A program made the position numbers and the translations under genes. A stretch of 64,000 nt of DNA from positions 57,104,001 through 57,168,000 of the forward strand of contig NW_024704742.1 of NCBI RefSeq assembly GCF_018977255.1, written 5' to 3'. Below are positions 14,351-26,870 of the stretch, one piece after another (the stretch's first letter is position 1; every line of letters begins with the position of its first letter). The notes under the pieces were generated by a model that was not told where the DNA came from, ran no database searches, and saw only the letters and a program-made list of their open reading frames with translations. This stretch comes from Callorhinchus milii (lineage: Eukaryota).

Positions 14351-14492
14351 CCGCATGGAGTGCGCGTCCCCCCCCCCCGTCCCCCCCCCACCGGAGTCGA
14401 AGCGCGACGCGTAAAAAAAAAGAGCTCCAAAAAGGACAGCGGTCGGAGAGCGCGTTTGTGGAGGACGCGTAAAGGACGCGGGTCTCTCCCGC

Positions 14493-14852
14493 GTGTGTGT
14501 GTGTGGGGGGGGGGCTGTGTGTGTGGGGCTCTGTGTGTGTGGGGGGGGTGTGGGTTGTGGGGGTGTGTGTGTGTTTGGGGGGGGCTGTGTGTGTGTGTGG
14601 TGGGGGCTGTGTGTGTGTGGGGCTGTGTGTGTGTGTGTGTGGGGCTGTGTGTGTGTGTGGGGGGCTGTGTGTGTGTGGGCTGTGTGTGTGTGTGTGTGTG
14701 TGTGGGGCTGTGTGTGTGTGTGTGTGGTGTGTGTGTGGGGCTGTGTGTGTGTGGTGTGTGTGTGTGTGGGGGGCTGTGTGTGTGTGGGTGTGTGTGTGGG
14801 GCTGTGTGTGTGTGGGTGTGTGTGTGTGTGGGGGGGGCTGTGTGTGTGTGGG

Positions 14853-14895
<43 letters not shown>

Positions 14896-14922
14896 AGTGG
14901 GGCTGTGTGTGTGTGTGTGGGG

Positions 14923-14953
<31 letters not shown>

Positions 14954-15050
14954 TGGGGCTGTGTGTGTGTGTGTGTGAGGGGGCTGTGTGTGTGTGTGTG
15001 TGTGTGTGTGTGAGTGGGGCTGTGTGTGTGTGTGTGTGTTTGTGTGTGTG
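14493..15050. repeat. (GT)n array punctuated by GGGGCT (minisatellite-like)
   Basis: About 550 nt of GGGGCT(GT)n units. It generates the spurious His/Thr and Cys/Val ORFs. Confidence 0.95.
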
Positions 15051-15271
15051 TTGCGAAACGAACTGCAACGTCGTGACTTTTGGGGGCGCAGTTTAAGTCA
15101 CTCCGTCGCGCACTTGGAACGCCTCCTCCCCCTCTGGTCCTCGGGTTTCCCAACCCCGTCCCCGACTTTTTTTTCGCGACCTATTTGGTGGTTCGGGGTT
15201 TTTTTTTCATGTGCATTGCAGCGTTGCTCTTCGCTCAGATTCTGCAAAAGCTCTCAACTTCATTAACCAAA

Positions 15272-15362
15272 CCCCCCCCTCCACCCCCCACCCCCCCACC
15301 CCATCCCCCCCCACCCCCCCCCCCCATCCCCCCCCCCCCACCCCCCCACCCCCCCCCCACCC
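15272..15362. repeat. C-rich low-complexity tract
   Basis: Runs of C interrupted by single A/T. Confidence 0.9.
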
Positions 15363-15758
15363 AAAAAAAAAAGGGGATGCGTTGTGTTTCCATTTAAAAT
15401 GCAGATGGTGTCGCGGTCCTCTCTCGGTGTTCGGTTTTATTGCGCTTTTCAGTAAACGTTTGCGTTTGGGGTACAGGTGGACCTTTGACTTGAGTTCGCG
15501 AGATAAGGTCTCAGTGCATTCGAGGAGCACTCGGTGGTACAGTGTCGGGGGCTTTACTGGGGGGCGGTGACCGACCGCTCCACTCCTTCCCTTTCTGCAG
15601 ATTGCGTTTCGCTCGGATCCGGACGGTTGGAATCCGCAAAGTGCCTCTCGGACGTTGGTAAAAGAGGTTTCGTGGCGATGGACCGCGAAACTGTTTGCGG
15701 AAATCGCTCCGAAGAGTTGCAGCGCAACGCGCAACTTGGGCTAAAAAAGAGAGATCCG

Positions 15759-15982
15759 CAGAGAGGGGGAGAGGGGGGAGGGAGGGGGGAGGGAGGGAGA
15801 GGGGGGGAGGGGGGAGGGAGGGGGAGGGGGGGGGGGGGAGGAGAGGGGGGAGGGGGGGAGGAGGGGGGAGGGAGGGAGAGGGGGGGGAGGGAGGGGGAGG
15901 GAGGGAGAGAGGGGGGAGGGAGGGAGAGGGGGGGGGAGGGGAGGGAGGGGGGGGGAGGGGGGAGAGGGGGGGGGGAGGGAGA
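15759..15982. repeat. Polypurine G/A tract
   Basis: About 220 nt composed only of G and A. Confidence 0.92.
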
Positions 15983-18390
15983 GTGCTCGAGAGAAGTGTC
16001 ATTTTTTGCAAAGCGATCAGCTTTGTTCTTTGAAGTTGGCACTGTGGATGTGACAGGGAAATCATCTTCGCCTTTTGTTTGTGAGATCGTTTCGCTGTGA
16101 CTTTAGTGTGACTTTGCCCCTTGTGCTGCACGTGTCGGTCGTGACTGGAACGGGTCCAGTTGCAGCGCAGCCTCTCAAACCTGGTGAACTGCTGCTGGTG
16201 TTAGGCTCACGCAGACCTTTCGGGGATGGGTGTGGGGGGGTGATGGGGGGGGGGGGGGGGGGGCAGGAGTTGTGGCGTGGACCAGACGCAGATGATTGAG
16301 AGGGAAGGGGGGCGTTCACTCCCACAGCAAATCGGAAATCGTGATGTGCTCAGGAGATGTGCGGTGAACTACTCACTGCAACTAATATTTACTCCTGAAC
16401 AGCAGAAGGACCGTATCGCAGACTGTCGCCACTGTTTGTAGTCCACAGTACAAGCTGCACTATGGAGTACAAACAGTAAGACTCATCAGCTCACTCGTAG
16501 CACATGGAGGGACAGACCAGTCATTGGAGGCAGGGAGTCATCCCACTCAGCTCCCCTTCACTGGGAAACCAAAGCCCTAATGGATAGGGTGGTCCTAGTT
16601 GGACAAGCAGTGGGAAAGTTTGCCCGACAGTGATATCGATGGCAAGCTATATAGTTTTAGCTGGTTAGACTCCTGCAGTATCCCAACACACACTCTGGAG
16701 TCGTTGCTCTTCCCAACCTGCACCTAATACTTGCCGGAAATTGGTAAGCAGGAGGTGTCCCGCCACGGACAGAGTGCGCTTTCCATTCCAACAATCTGTC
16801 CCTGGGATTTCCATGTGTAGGTGGGATGCATGGAAATCTCAGCTTGGTTTGGATACTCTTAGGCATGCGGATGGGTTTCCTCATGTGTCAGACACCCAAA
16901 AAACAACCACTGTTTGTAAAAAATGTAGTGTGTCCAATATTTTTTCCCCTATTTTTCTCCCTACTAGCACAGGGCCCAGCCTCTTTTGTTGAGGTGCATT
17001 TGCATGGGTGCTGGTTGCTCTCTGTTACCCCGCCCAAATAGCTATTATTCATGTTAGTTGTAACAATGAATTTGGTTATGGAGCATATCTGGTGTGCAGA
17101 TTAGAGGAAGCCTGAGAGGAGGTGGCGATACAATGTACATCACTCTGGCAAGAAAGAGGTGAGTGGGAACCTTGCAGGCAGTGCCCATGCATGATTAGGG
17201 ATGAGTGGACTGTTTTGCACATACTGTTGGTTAGAGAAATTGAAGACCAAAATACGAACATTGAGGAAGTCCACCAACCAGGCAGCACAAAGTTAATGCA
17301 GTGTATGTAACATTTAGCTTAACAGGAGGTTAAAATTCTCTTTGAAATAACTGTCTGAGTCCTCCACCTACACTAACATGTTGCTGCCCTCTAAAGGATA
17401 TACTAGACATACTCTGACATGGTGAGTGATGTCAATCCTACTCCTTGATCTCTTTCACAGAACCATAGAAATTTACAGCATGGAAGGCCATTCAGCCCAT
17501 GATGTCTTTTAAAGATCAAATCCCTATCAGTTCTGATTTGAAAGGCACTATATCAAATGCAAGGATCATTATTATTTTCTCACCAGGCTCTCCTGGTTCC
17601 CTATTCCCTCGTGGGCTGATTTCAAGACTCCTGTTCTAAATTTAAATGCGTCCAAGTCATTGCCACCATCTTACTCCTGGAGCCTTCTGCAGACCAACTT
17701 TCCTGTCCACCCCCTCAACTCTGCTATCTCAGGCACATCCCTAAACTCCCTCTGCCCCACCATTAGTAGACGAGGTTTCAGCCTCTTTGCCCAGTTCTCT
17801 GGAACCCTTATCCCAAATCCCTCCACATTACCCCTCCCCCTCTGCTATGAAAACCCACCTCTGACTGCACCTTCTATCATCTCCATTCTACTCCTTCCCC
17901 ACACCATCTTCCATCATGCTTGGGTTCCCACTGCATCTCAGTAAATTTCAGCAAGTTTGCAGTTTTGAGAATGCAATGAGCTGTTGAATTACTCTGAATA
18001 TTACATTCAGTGAACTGTATCTATTCAGCGAACAGCATATTTCAGCAAAATGAAGAAGAAATTCATGTGAATGCATAGTAACAGAGCTTTGAGGGAATCG
18101 AAGCTTTAGAAAACAATTGGAAATTCCATGATTTCTATTTAAGTGAAAGCTATGAGCTCAGACATTCAGATTCTGATGGTAGAACTATACATTATGTATA
18201 CACCTGGGTCCAATTTTTAAATATTGACTTCAATAATTCTATGAAACTCCTCTGATCAGACCAATTGAGATGTAGAAATGAAAAAAATGACTACATATAG
18301 TTATGGAATGGATTTGTGCAGGTTAAAGTGCTTGCATTAAAGTTGTGAGTTACAATAATATTGTACCTCCAAGTCATAAGTCAATTACAT

Positions 18391-18820
18391 GGTTAGAGCA
18401 TTCGGGATTTGGGTTCGATTCCCGGCAGGGCAAAACACTAGGCAAGTTTCCCTATTCCACACACCTCTGTTTACCTAGGAGTTTGTTAATTGATTAGCGG
18501 ATCTCTTTTTCAGGGGTAATAAATAATTCCTTCACAAAAAAATGATACTAAATTGGTCACTTCAATCCACCACTGTTTGTGGGATACTGCTGTGCACAAT
18601 TGACTACCACATTTCGCCCACAAAATATACAGTCAGTTAATTTTACAGTATATTCCGTGAAGGCTTTGAGATGTCTCGAAGATGTGATAGCACAATTGGC
18701 TACCATATTTCGCCCACAAAATATAGTCAATTCACTTCACAGTATATTCTGTGAAGTGCATCAAGATGTCTGTGGTAAGCTGTGATAAGGCGCTATATCA
18801 AATGTAAGGATTATTATTAC
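18391..18820 (+). mobile_element. tRNA-derived SINE, long older form with a duplicated 3' segment
   Basis: Retains the internal CTCTGTTTACCTAG...CAGGGG segment. The GCACAATTG...GTGATA block occurs twice. Confidence 0.85.
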
Positions 18821-19897
18821 ATTATAGGACATGTTTACTTGAGGTAAACTGATCTGCACTCAGGCTCACCATCACATACTGCTGATAATCCAAGTTATGC
18901 ATATTACAGAAATTAAAACTTTCTAAAAGATCACTACAAATATTCTTTGGAGTGTAGACAAAATAGTTCAGTCACTCTGAAAATTCAACGAATGAGAACG
19001 AGAAGCAAACATTGTACACCACATTTTTGGGGTCTTCCCCTTGGCTAGTTCTATCATATCCTTGGAGTACGTGCGTTTCCTCTTTTTACTTCTCTTGCAT
19101 TTATCTGCATTAAACTTCATTTGTCAGTTATCAGCCGATGTGCAGTAATTCCAGTGGCACCAGCATCTATAATGAGGTTACGACTTCAAGGTCACTATCA
19201 ATACACAAACTTCATGCTTGATTACATATAAGATGTTGCAGTTAAATAGATCGTTTAGGAAGAGCAATTTGTACAGCAGTATAACTCGGCAGGAGAACTC
19301 AGTCAACTGTTATTTAGTTAAAACAAATAGAGTCATTTAGCATTTACTCAAGTGCCATCAGTTTAGCTTTTCACTTTGGTTACCATAGATACAGGGCATT
19401 AGACTCTGAAGTGTTTATTCATCCTTTAAGTGCCAATTTGTTCTGAAGTTTACAGAACAAGCTCAATGAAAGTAGAAACAAGTAATAAAACTAATGGGAC
19501 ACTTTGAAATACTTCTGAAAACAAAACTTTAATTCATGATGATCATTTATCTGTACCTTTTATTCAATATTCTAAGTTACTTTTTCAATCGTTCGTACCT
19601 CCAAATGTACCAATGCAATAGTTTCAGGGTCAGGTTTTAGTATCTACAAACATCTGTATGTCCTTACACTTCAATAAAATGATTTGTTTATACTTCAGGC
19701 AGGGTTGTAAAATGGTGCATTGTAGCACATAGTCACCATGGTTTCAGCTCACACAGATCAGAGGCTACAAAACAGCAGCAATGCTGTGTGGCAAAGCTGC
19801 TAGGGCAGGGTAAGAGACTTAAAACACCCAATTTTTAAAGGTAAGAATCAGCTCAAATAATTAAAACTGCATTAATGTTTCCGTACACATCTATATA

Positions 19898-20213
19898 TAA
19901 TAATAATAATCCTTGCATTTGATATAGCACTTTTCACGTCTTCTAGACGTCTCAAAGCGCTTCGCAGGTTATACTGTAAAGTGAATTGACTGTATATTTG
20001 TGGGCGAAACACGGCAGCCAACTGGGCACAGCAGTGTCCCACAAACAGTCGTGGATTGAAGTGACCAATTTATTCTTTTTTCGTTTTCGAGGGATGATTA
20101 TTAGGCGTGTGGAGCAAGGAAACTTGCCCAAGGTTTCGCCCAGTGCCTGGAATTGAACCCAGGTGTCTCGCTTGCAGGGCGAGTGCTTCAACCACTGAGC
20201 TACAGGACTCCAC
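19898..20213 (-). mobile_element. tRNA-derived SINE, short form
   Basis: Full-length reverse copy with the GAGACGTCTAGAAGACGTGAAAAG tail variant. Confidence 0.9.
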
Positions 20214-22778
20214 TTGAATACAAAATCAAGGCTTATTCACATAAGCCAGTATACCTCAGACAAATACAATATATTTTGCTCACTTTTTCTGTCCAAATTA
20301 TGTTTCTGAGTTATCAAAGGTTAAGTTTTTTCATATTTTGGTAACTAGAAGAAAACAAGACAGCTGGAAATTAATTATAGCACAGCTGTCCTGTAGAAGA
20401 GCTAAACTGTTATAAAGCAAGTATGAAGTTTATGGAGTTCTGTGTGTTATCTGAGCTGCAAGATTAGATTTATGTTTCTTTTTGATTTCCTCATCTGGTT
20501 TTCCCTCCTATCCCTTAGATTTTGGCTCATGTTGGGCTGCACTTCCATGGGCAATGAGCTCATTCTAATACAATGGTGGCCAATCTTTTCGGTCAGCCAA
20601 AGAAATACATTTTCTTGATTTAATATTTCTTGCTGGATGTATGCCATAAAAACCTGGAAACACACTGCCAATCAAACACGGACTTACCTAGACTACAGCA
20701 GGAGCCGGCCTGTGGGCTGTATTTGGCCAGCTTTGCTCTGGCACTTTGACTAAATTCATTCTTCAAGTATAATCCTAGACTATGATCATTGCCAAGATAT
20801 TGAACCATCACAACCAAACATAATCGCATTTTCATCCAATGTTATTTATATAAGTACACTCAGGTGTCTTATGTTTCGCAAAATACTTCAACGCATTCTC
20901 TCTTCTAAGCTATTTGTAAACATATAGGGTAAACATCAATGGACCCTTTACATACGGAGAGTAATTCATATTTGGATTGGTTTACCAGGTTAGGTGGTTG
21001 AGGCCAGGATGTTGGACTCATTTAAGAAATAATTTGATGTGTTCCAAGCGCTCTGAGATGTTAGCCTAGGTGAAGGGCACTATATAATGCAAACTGTTGT
21101 TGTTGATGTTGTAACGGAAGGGTAGGTATTCTGGAAAGATGAGATCAAATGAACCAAAGGGCTTCTTCATCTGAAACTCTCGTTCTGAAGAGATTTGTGT
21201 TCAGCTCCACTATTCATTGCCCCTCAGATAAAGCATTTTGCATTCCACATCTTCTTTTGCTTTCAATTGCTAAACCAATTTCCAGTGCAACTAGCTAACG
21301 CACTTTTTTTTTGGTATGTGCACCATTTACTCTTATCAGTTTTAACCTTCTTTAAAAGTATGAAACACAGGGAAATGGGAAAAATGGTGAGAAAGATATG
21401 AAACACATCAAGAGGGAAGATGCAACATGTATTAAAAGAATAACAGAAGGCAAAGAAAAAGAACACAAACATATAATGAAGCAAAGAGACTAAGAAAGGA
21501 AATGAAAAAGAACTGAAGTAAACAAAAATTGAGCATTGGTGTTATATCCCACACTGCATCAATGTTCTTTCCATGGGGACAAGTGAAAATGCATCAAGGA
21601 AATACAGTAGTGGCATTTTCTGTTGCTTCTCCACTTCTGCATTGCTGTTCTCACTTGTAAGGATGTCATAATAATAATAATCCTTGAATTTGATATTGTG
21701 CATTATCACGTCATTGAGATGACTCAAACACTTCATAGGATCTACTGTAAAGTGTAGAGTAGGGAAATTAGCTCCACCTGGGAATTGAAACTGGATCCCC
21801 TCACTTGCGAGGTGGGCACGCTAACCACTACAGCTATGAACTCCACAATAGATATAGGAAGCTAGACAGAAAACACAGCCAGATATATAGGGAAAATGCA
21901 AGGGGACAAACATGTGGTGCTCGGGCAGCATATGGATATGACGTGGGAACAGTGCACAATTCAAATTGCTGATGCATTTCCTTCATAGATGTGTATAATG
22001 TGTATAATCACATTGTCCAGGTCACTGCCACCTGTGTGTGACAATTATCATGAATTACACTGTAAACTGATACAACTGTTAGCACATTTAGTGCCTTGGC
22101 ATTAAGTATGTTTACTGAAGTTCAAGGTAAGCTGCAGTCATGACATCAAGCTCCCATCAACAAACACCACCACAAGCTCTGTGTTTTCACCCTGTCAGTG
22201 TTTCCTATCATTCTTTCCTATTCTTTATTATATTTTTACTTTTAAATATTTCTTTTGACTTTTTTTCTACTTAATCTTTGAAGTGCACCCAGATGCTATA
22301 CTGGGAAAGGTGCAATATGAATGAAAGTTGTTATCCTTAAATCTTTTCTAACAATTTGCCCCTAAAATATTACAATCTTCCAAATAAAACTGTCCCACAA
22401 TGTTGGTGAGACATTGCTGCGTGCAAATTGGCTGCTTCATTTTCAGCGCCTTGGGACGTCCTCCCGACATGAAAGGCACTATACAAATGCAATCTTGTTG
22501 TTGTTGCATTTGCCTACAATTGGATAATCACTGTACTTAGAGACATCTCAACGATGGGATGAGGACTATATCAAATACAAGGATTATTATTGTTATATCA
22601 ATTAATAAACAGTCCTTCACGTTGTATTGTATAATACTCGCTGTAGCTCTGAAGTCTGCTTGATGTGATTATTTTATAATTCATTGCTTGTCCCTGTGTG
22701 GCAGTGGCAGGCTGTCTGATCCCAGTTCCTTTGCTGAATGCAGATCTCTGTTGGTGAAAGGGATTTGGGCTGCACTCT

Positions 22779-22793
22779 GTTGCCTGTAGCAAC
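22779..22793. promoter_or_regulatory. RFX X-box upstream of the EF-hand gene
   Basis: GTTGCC-TGT-AGCAAC fits GTNRCC-N0-3-RGYAAC and lies about 170 nt upstream of ATG 22965. Confidence 0.6.
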
Positions 22794-22964
22794 CTTTTCG
22801 TGTTGACTGGGAGACAGGGATCTGGCTGAACCGCAAACTCTGCGCAAAGTTGATGCATTTCTGCTTCTGGTTTTATTTCCCTGTGATTTTTTTTAAAAAA
22901 AGCTTTTATTTCCAATCTTTTCCCATTATATGTATATATATATGTATATATACTGTTGCTAAGC

Positions 22965-23262
22965 ATGGCAGCTCCAGGCGGAGTGTCCCGAGTCCCAAGC
23001 CAGGCTACACCCCGGCTCCCGCAGATCCAACACCCGCTGTCGCGCCTCGGGGACCCGGAGAGCATCTCAGTCCGCGGCTATTCCAGGACCAGCGACAGGA
23101 GAGAGGCAGAGCAGCCGAGGGATCCGCTCCCCAGCAGCCGCCGTGAGGAGCAGAGGGACAGGGAGGTGGAGAGGATGGGCAGAGGGTCCCTGCAGCACAT
23201 CCCCGAGGGGGTGGAGGTAATGGTCGGGACTGAGCCCCACAAACCCCGGCTCCCAGTCTTTG
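22965..23262 (+). CDS. EFCAB6-like exon 1
   Basis: agcATGG start in a CpG-rich patch. MAAPGGVSRVPSQATPRLPQIQHPLSRLGDPESISVRG...PRLPVF, then G|gtaagt donor (phase 1). Confidence 0.75.
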
Positions 23263-23889
23263 GTAAGTCAGATCCTGATCAACCCAACAAGGTGGAGGGA
23301 ACGAGGGGATGGCAATTCATTGAGAAACCAACTGAAGTGCCTGCCCCACCGCAATATAAATGCAACTTGTGCTAGTTGTTGTGGTTGTGGTATGAATAGT
23401 TTTTTTTTCCATTCACAAATAAGAGGTTCCAGATGTTCAGGTGATTCCTGGCAAACTTTCCATTCTAATAAGCTCCAGGTATCCACACAGAGAAGAAGGG
23501 AAGTTTCTCACTGAATCAAGCCACCTTGACTTTCAATAAGACAAGAAGGTTTTAGTAAACTTCAGAGCAGCTCGCTTCACAAGAAATACTTATATAAACT
23601 TACATCACGTTTGATCTGGGCTATAATGAGACCTCCAGCACAACTTTAACACAAATACTTTTATTATTTGGGCTTCAGCCAGAGACCCAAGGTTCATGCT
23701 TATTTGTATTTGTCACCATACTCTACCGTATCTCAAGTTAAACCCTCACTGCGCTGGAGGAGGATCAAAGTTACTTTTTACAAACATTTATTTGAACGGA
23801 TCAAACAAAAACTGCAGTGTGGCCAAGCTGAAAAAGATTACTTACTGTATTTGACTTTTGAACTTTGATAGCAGGGGCTATTTGTGGTT

Positions 23890-24290
23890 ATTTTAATAAA
23901 CCTTTTCATGTTGTCCCAAAGCGCTTCTTCGTGTAATTGACTGTACAGTGATTTGTGTTTGTAGGCAAACACAGCAGCCAATTTGCCTCCAACAATGACC
24001 ACCAAACAACCATAAAGGGGGTGACCAATCTTATTTGGGAGATTGTTGGCCACGACACCAGGAGAAACTCCTTTTGTGTATTGATTAGTGCATGGGATCT
24101 TTAAAGTGCACCTGAATAGGCACACGGATCCTGGGTTTAACATCATATTCAAATGACAGCACCTCTGACATTGCAATACACCTTCAGCTCTGCATTGGAG
24201 TGTCAGGCTAGACTTATGAACTGAGAGTCCTGACTTGAACCCAGCTTTGTGACTCAGAGGCAAGATTGCTACCAACTGTGCCAGGCTGAT
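23890..24290 (-). mobile_element. Ancient Deu-domain SINE relic
   Basis: Reverse complement contains GAGGTGCTGTCATTTGAATATGATGTTAAACC...AAAGATCCCATGCACTA and a tRNA-like head. Confidence 0.72.
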
Positions 24291-26103
24291 ATCAATGTGA
24301 CATTTTATGATTTAGTTTCTCCTTGGCTACCTGATACACAGATTATTACTACACGGACAATTTGTTCCAAAGCCTGAAGAGGCTTCATCCTTGGGGTCAA
24401 GTGACCAGAGGGAAGTACTTTCAGGCACAGACAAAAAATAAGTTATTTCATTGGTAGGTTCCCATATCAACCCGTTTTACAGCCTAGATATCTAAACGTG
24501 TAAATGATTAAAAGAGAGATAGACAGACAAATAGAGGTAAAGGATATGGCGAAAGGATGGGGATGAAAAGATTTGCCAAAATATAATCAACTGGCGGAAC
24601 AGACTGGATGACCCGAAGGACATTTTCCTATTCTTGTTTTTCCTATTTTTTATGTCAGTTTGGTTCATTTGGCAGCACTTTCACTGCTGAGTCAGAAGAT
24701 CAAGCCTCAAGTGGGGTCTAGCACAAATAATGGCTGTTCACTCTGCATATAAATCAACTTGAAATATAAACATAAAATATTTGAATGTGATAAAATGCTA
24801 TAAGAATGTAATTTCTTTCTTCTTTATACCATTGATCACCAAGTTTAGGGCAAGTAAAACAAAATTCAAAACTGTATGTAACGTATGCCACTAATTTAAT
24901 GCAACTATTAAATTAAGTGAATAATAAAATACATTTTCTAGCGTGTTATCCTAGCCCAATTACTTATTGTCCCAGATAGCTCCGTTGCTTGAGAGCTTAG
25001 ACCTGGGACCAGAATGTTAAGTTTCAATATTCGTGGATCTACTCAGTCCTTCGTCCTTTCAAGGTTGATAAAAGTGTCTACCTTTATATACTGTAACAGT
25101 AATATCTTAAAGTGTCAGATCCAAAGTGCTGAAGGTAGATACTGAAATTAGTGAAATATTGACTCATACGTGAGATGTATGTGGCCAGGTCTTTGTTCCA
25201 CGGCCAATTGTTCTCATTTGGCCACGTCTCAATCTTGGATAATAAATCTATTTTTATCGTATTAGTTTTTGTGTAGCAAATTAAGCCATTCATGAACTGC
25301 ACTTCAACCTTCAGCGCTTCTTGCAGCCTGAGACATTTGCTGAACATTTAGCTACATTTGCACAAACCTCTTCAATGGATTTAAGTTGATCGCTCGTATG
25401 AGGAAAGAAGTCCTTTGATTTCAAATATTGCTTGACATGGACTTCAAGTGATGGAACCCAGTAAACTCTCTTGACTCCCAATACCAGTTTAAAACAGGTT
25501 CTGCACCGAATAAATTTAAATCAACAATAACATCAAATACAATTTACATTATACAGTGCGTTTCTCATTGGTAGGAAGTCTCATATCAGTAAATTGCCAG
25601 ACCTGAATTCTTGGTCTTCTCCTCTCTATTATGCACCACATTCATAATCCATATTAGAGGTAATGTATTTTACCTGTCAAATTGCAGTGTTTTCAGGCTC
25701 CATGGAGCCTCCGTCAAAGTAGGATTATCTCAATGTCTCACTAGCTCTGCTTAGCCTCACTGGTTCTCAGGCTCTGGTCAGACTCTCACTGCTCTCTTTC
25801 CCCACATTGTCTTGGTGTAGCTAAGCCTCTCCATCACACACTAGTGTAGCACCACAGTGGCCATTCACAAACACTGTCTGGCAAGCTTTTCTCTGTTTAT
25901 CCAAATAGGACAACCTGCTTGTTTAGGCTTTAGGCTTGCTGGGTTAACAGGAACTGACTGGAAAGAATTCCTGCTCCTTCCAAGTCCTGCCGATGAACCA
26001 GGCTGAGAAGGTCTGCAGACTCAGCTGAGGAGACAAACTACCAACAACACAACTCTTGATCAACTATTGTGTTGTTGGTAACCTGGCTCCTCAGCTAGCT
26101 CCA

Positions 26104-26418
26104 GGAGTCCTGTAGCTCCGTGGTAAGAGCACTCCCTGCCTCGCAAGCGAAAGACCTGGTTTCGATTCCCAGCAGGACGAAACCTTGGACAAGTTTCCTT
26201 ACTCCACATGCCTGATAATAATCCCTCAAGAAAAAAAAAGCAATAATAATTTAGTCACTCCATCCATGACTGTTTGACACTGCTGTGCACAATTGGCTGC
26301 TGCGTTTTGCCCACAAGATATATAGTCAATTCATTTTACAGTCAATTCTGTGAAGTACTTTGAGATGTCTAGAAGACGTGAAAAGCACTATATCCAATGC
26401 AAGGATTATTATTATTAT
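26104..26418 (+). mobile_element. tRNA-derived SINE, short form
   Basis: GGAGTCCTGTAGCTC head through to a CAAGGATTATT tail. Confidence 0.88.
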
Positions 26419-26763
26419 AACATCACTTCATTCCAACATTCCATTGCCAAGCACATCACTTAAGAGCCAATTTAGCTCCAAGGATACCCACATACCTCCT
26501 CCCCCCAACACAGCAGGTAATCTAGTGGAATGCACAGATTATGTGCAAACGAAGTTGGCAGGTCTTCAGGCAATTCTGTTTGAAAATGAAGCAACTTATT
26601 TACTTTCAGATCTAATAAGGGGGCAAAAATTTATGAACAAAAGCCTTTTCCTCACTTTTAGAACATTATAGCACAATTATGTGCGGTATAATACAACCAT
26701 TTTTCATGTAAAACAAACCCATAACTTTACTTATTTACTTTATGACTTATTTCCCCATCCCAG

Positions 26764-26870
26764 GCCGGCGAGCAGACCTGGAAAATCGTACCGAGACCAG
26801 ATTGAGCCAGAGCAGCAGGTCAATTAATACGTCTCGTCCGGGGACACATTTAAGGATCGAGATTGACGAG
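26764..26870 (+). CDS. EFCAB6-like exon 2
   Basis: cccag|GC to GAG|gtatga. GRRADLENRTETRLSQSSRSINTSRPGTHLRIEIDE; phase 1 to 0. Confidence 0.75.

Noticed and set aside
14100..16325. Long His/Thr, Cys/Val, Pro and Gly-rich ORFs upstream of SLC25A4
   Set aside because: They are translations of (GT)n, poly-C and G/A tracts that are open in many frames on both strands.
16802..16842. 17-bp hairpin with three G-U pairs
   Set aside because: Too short for a pre-miRNA and has no recognisable RNA motif; could be chance.
20447..20835. Two overlapping minus-strand ORFs with a GTAAGT donor and a TTCCAG acceptor
   Set aside because: The implied intron is only about 35 nt, there is no recognisable homology, and there are no partner exons.
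14107..22965. Shared bidirectional promoter for SLC25A4 and the EF-hand gene
   Set aside because: The start codons are 8.9 kb apart with several repeats between them, and each gene has its own CpG-rich promoter features.
24343..24452. Possible extra exon in intron 1 of the EF-hand gene
   Set aside because: Entering in phase 1 it exits in phase 2, which is incompatible with exon 2. Exons 1 and 2 already join in frame.
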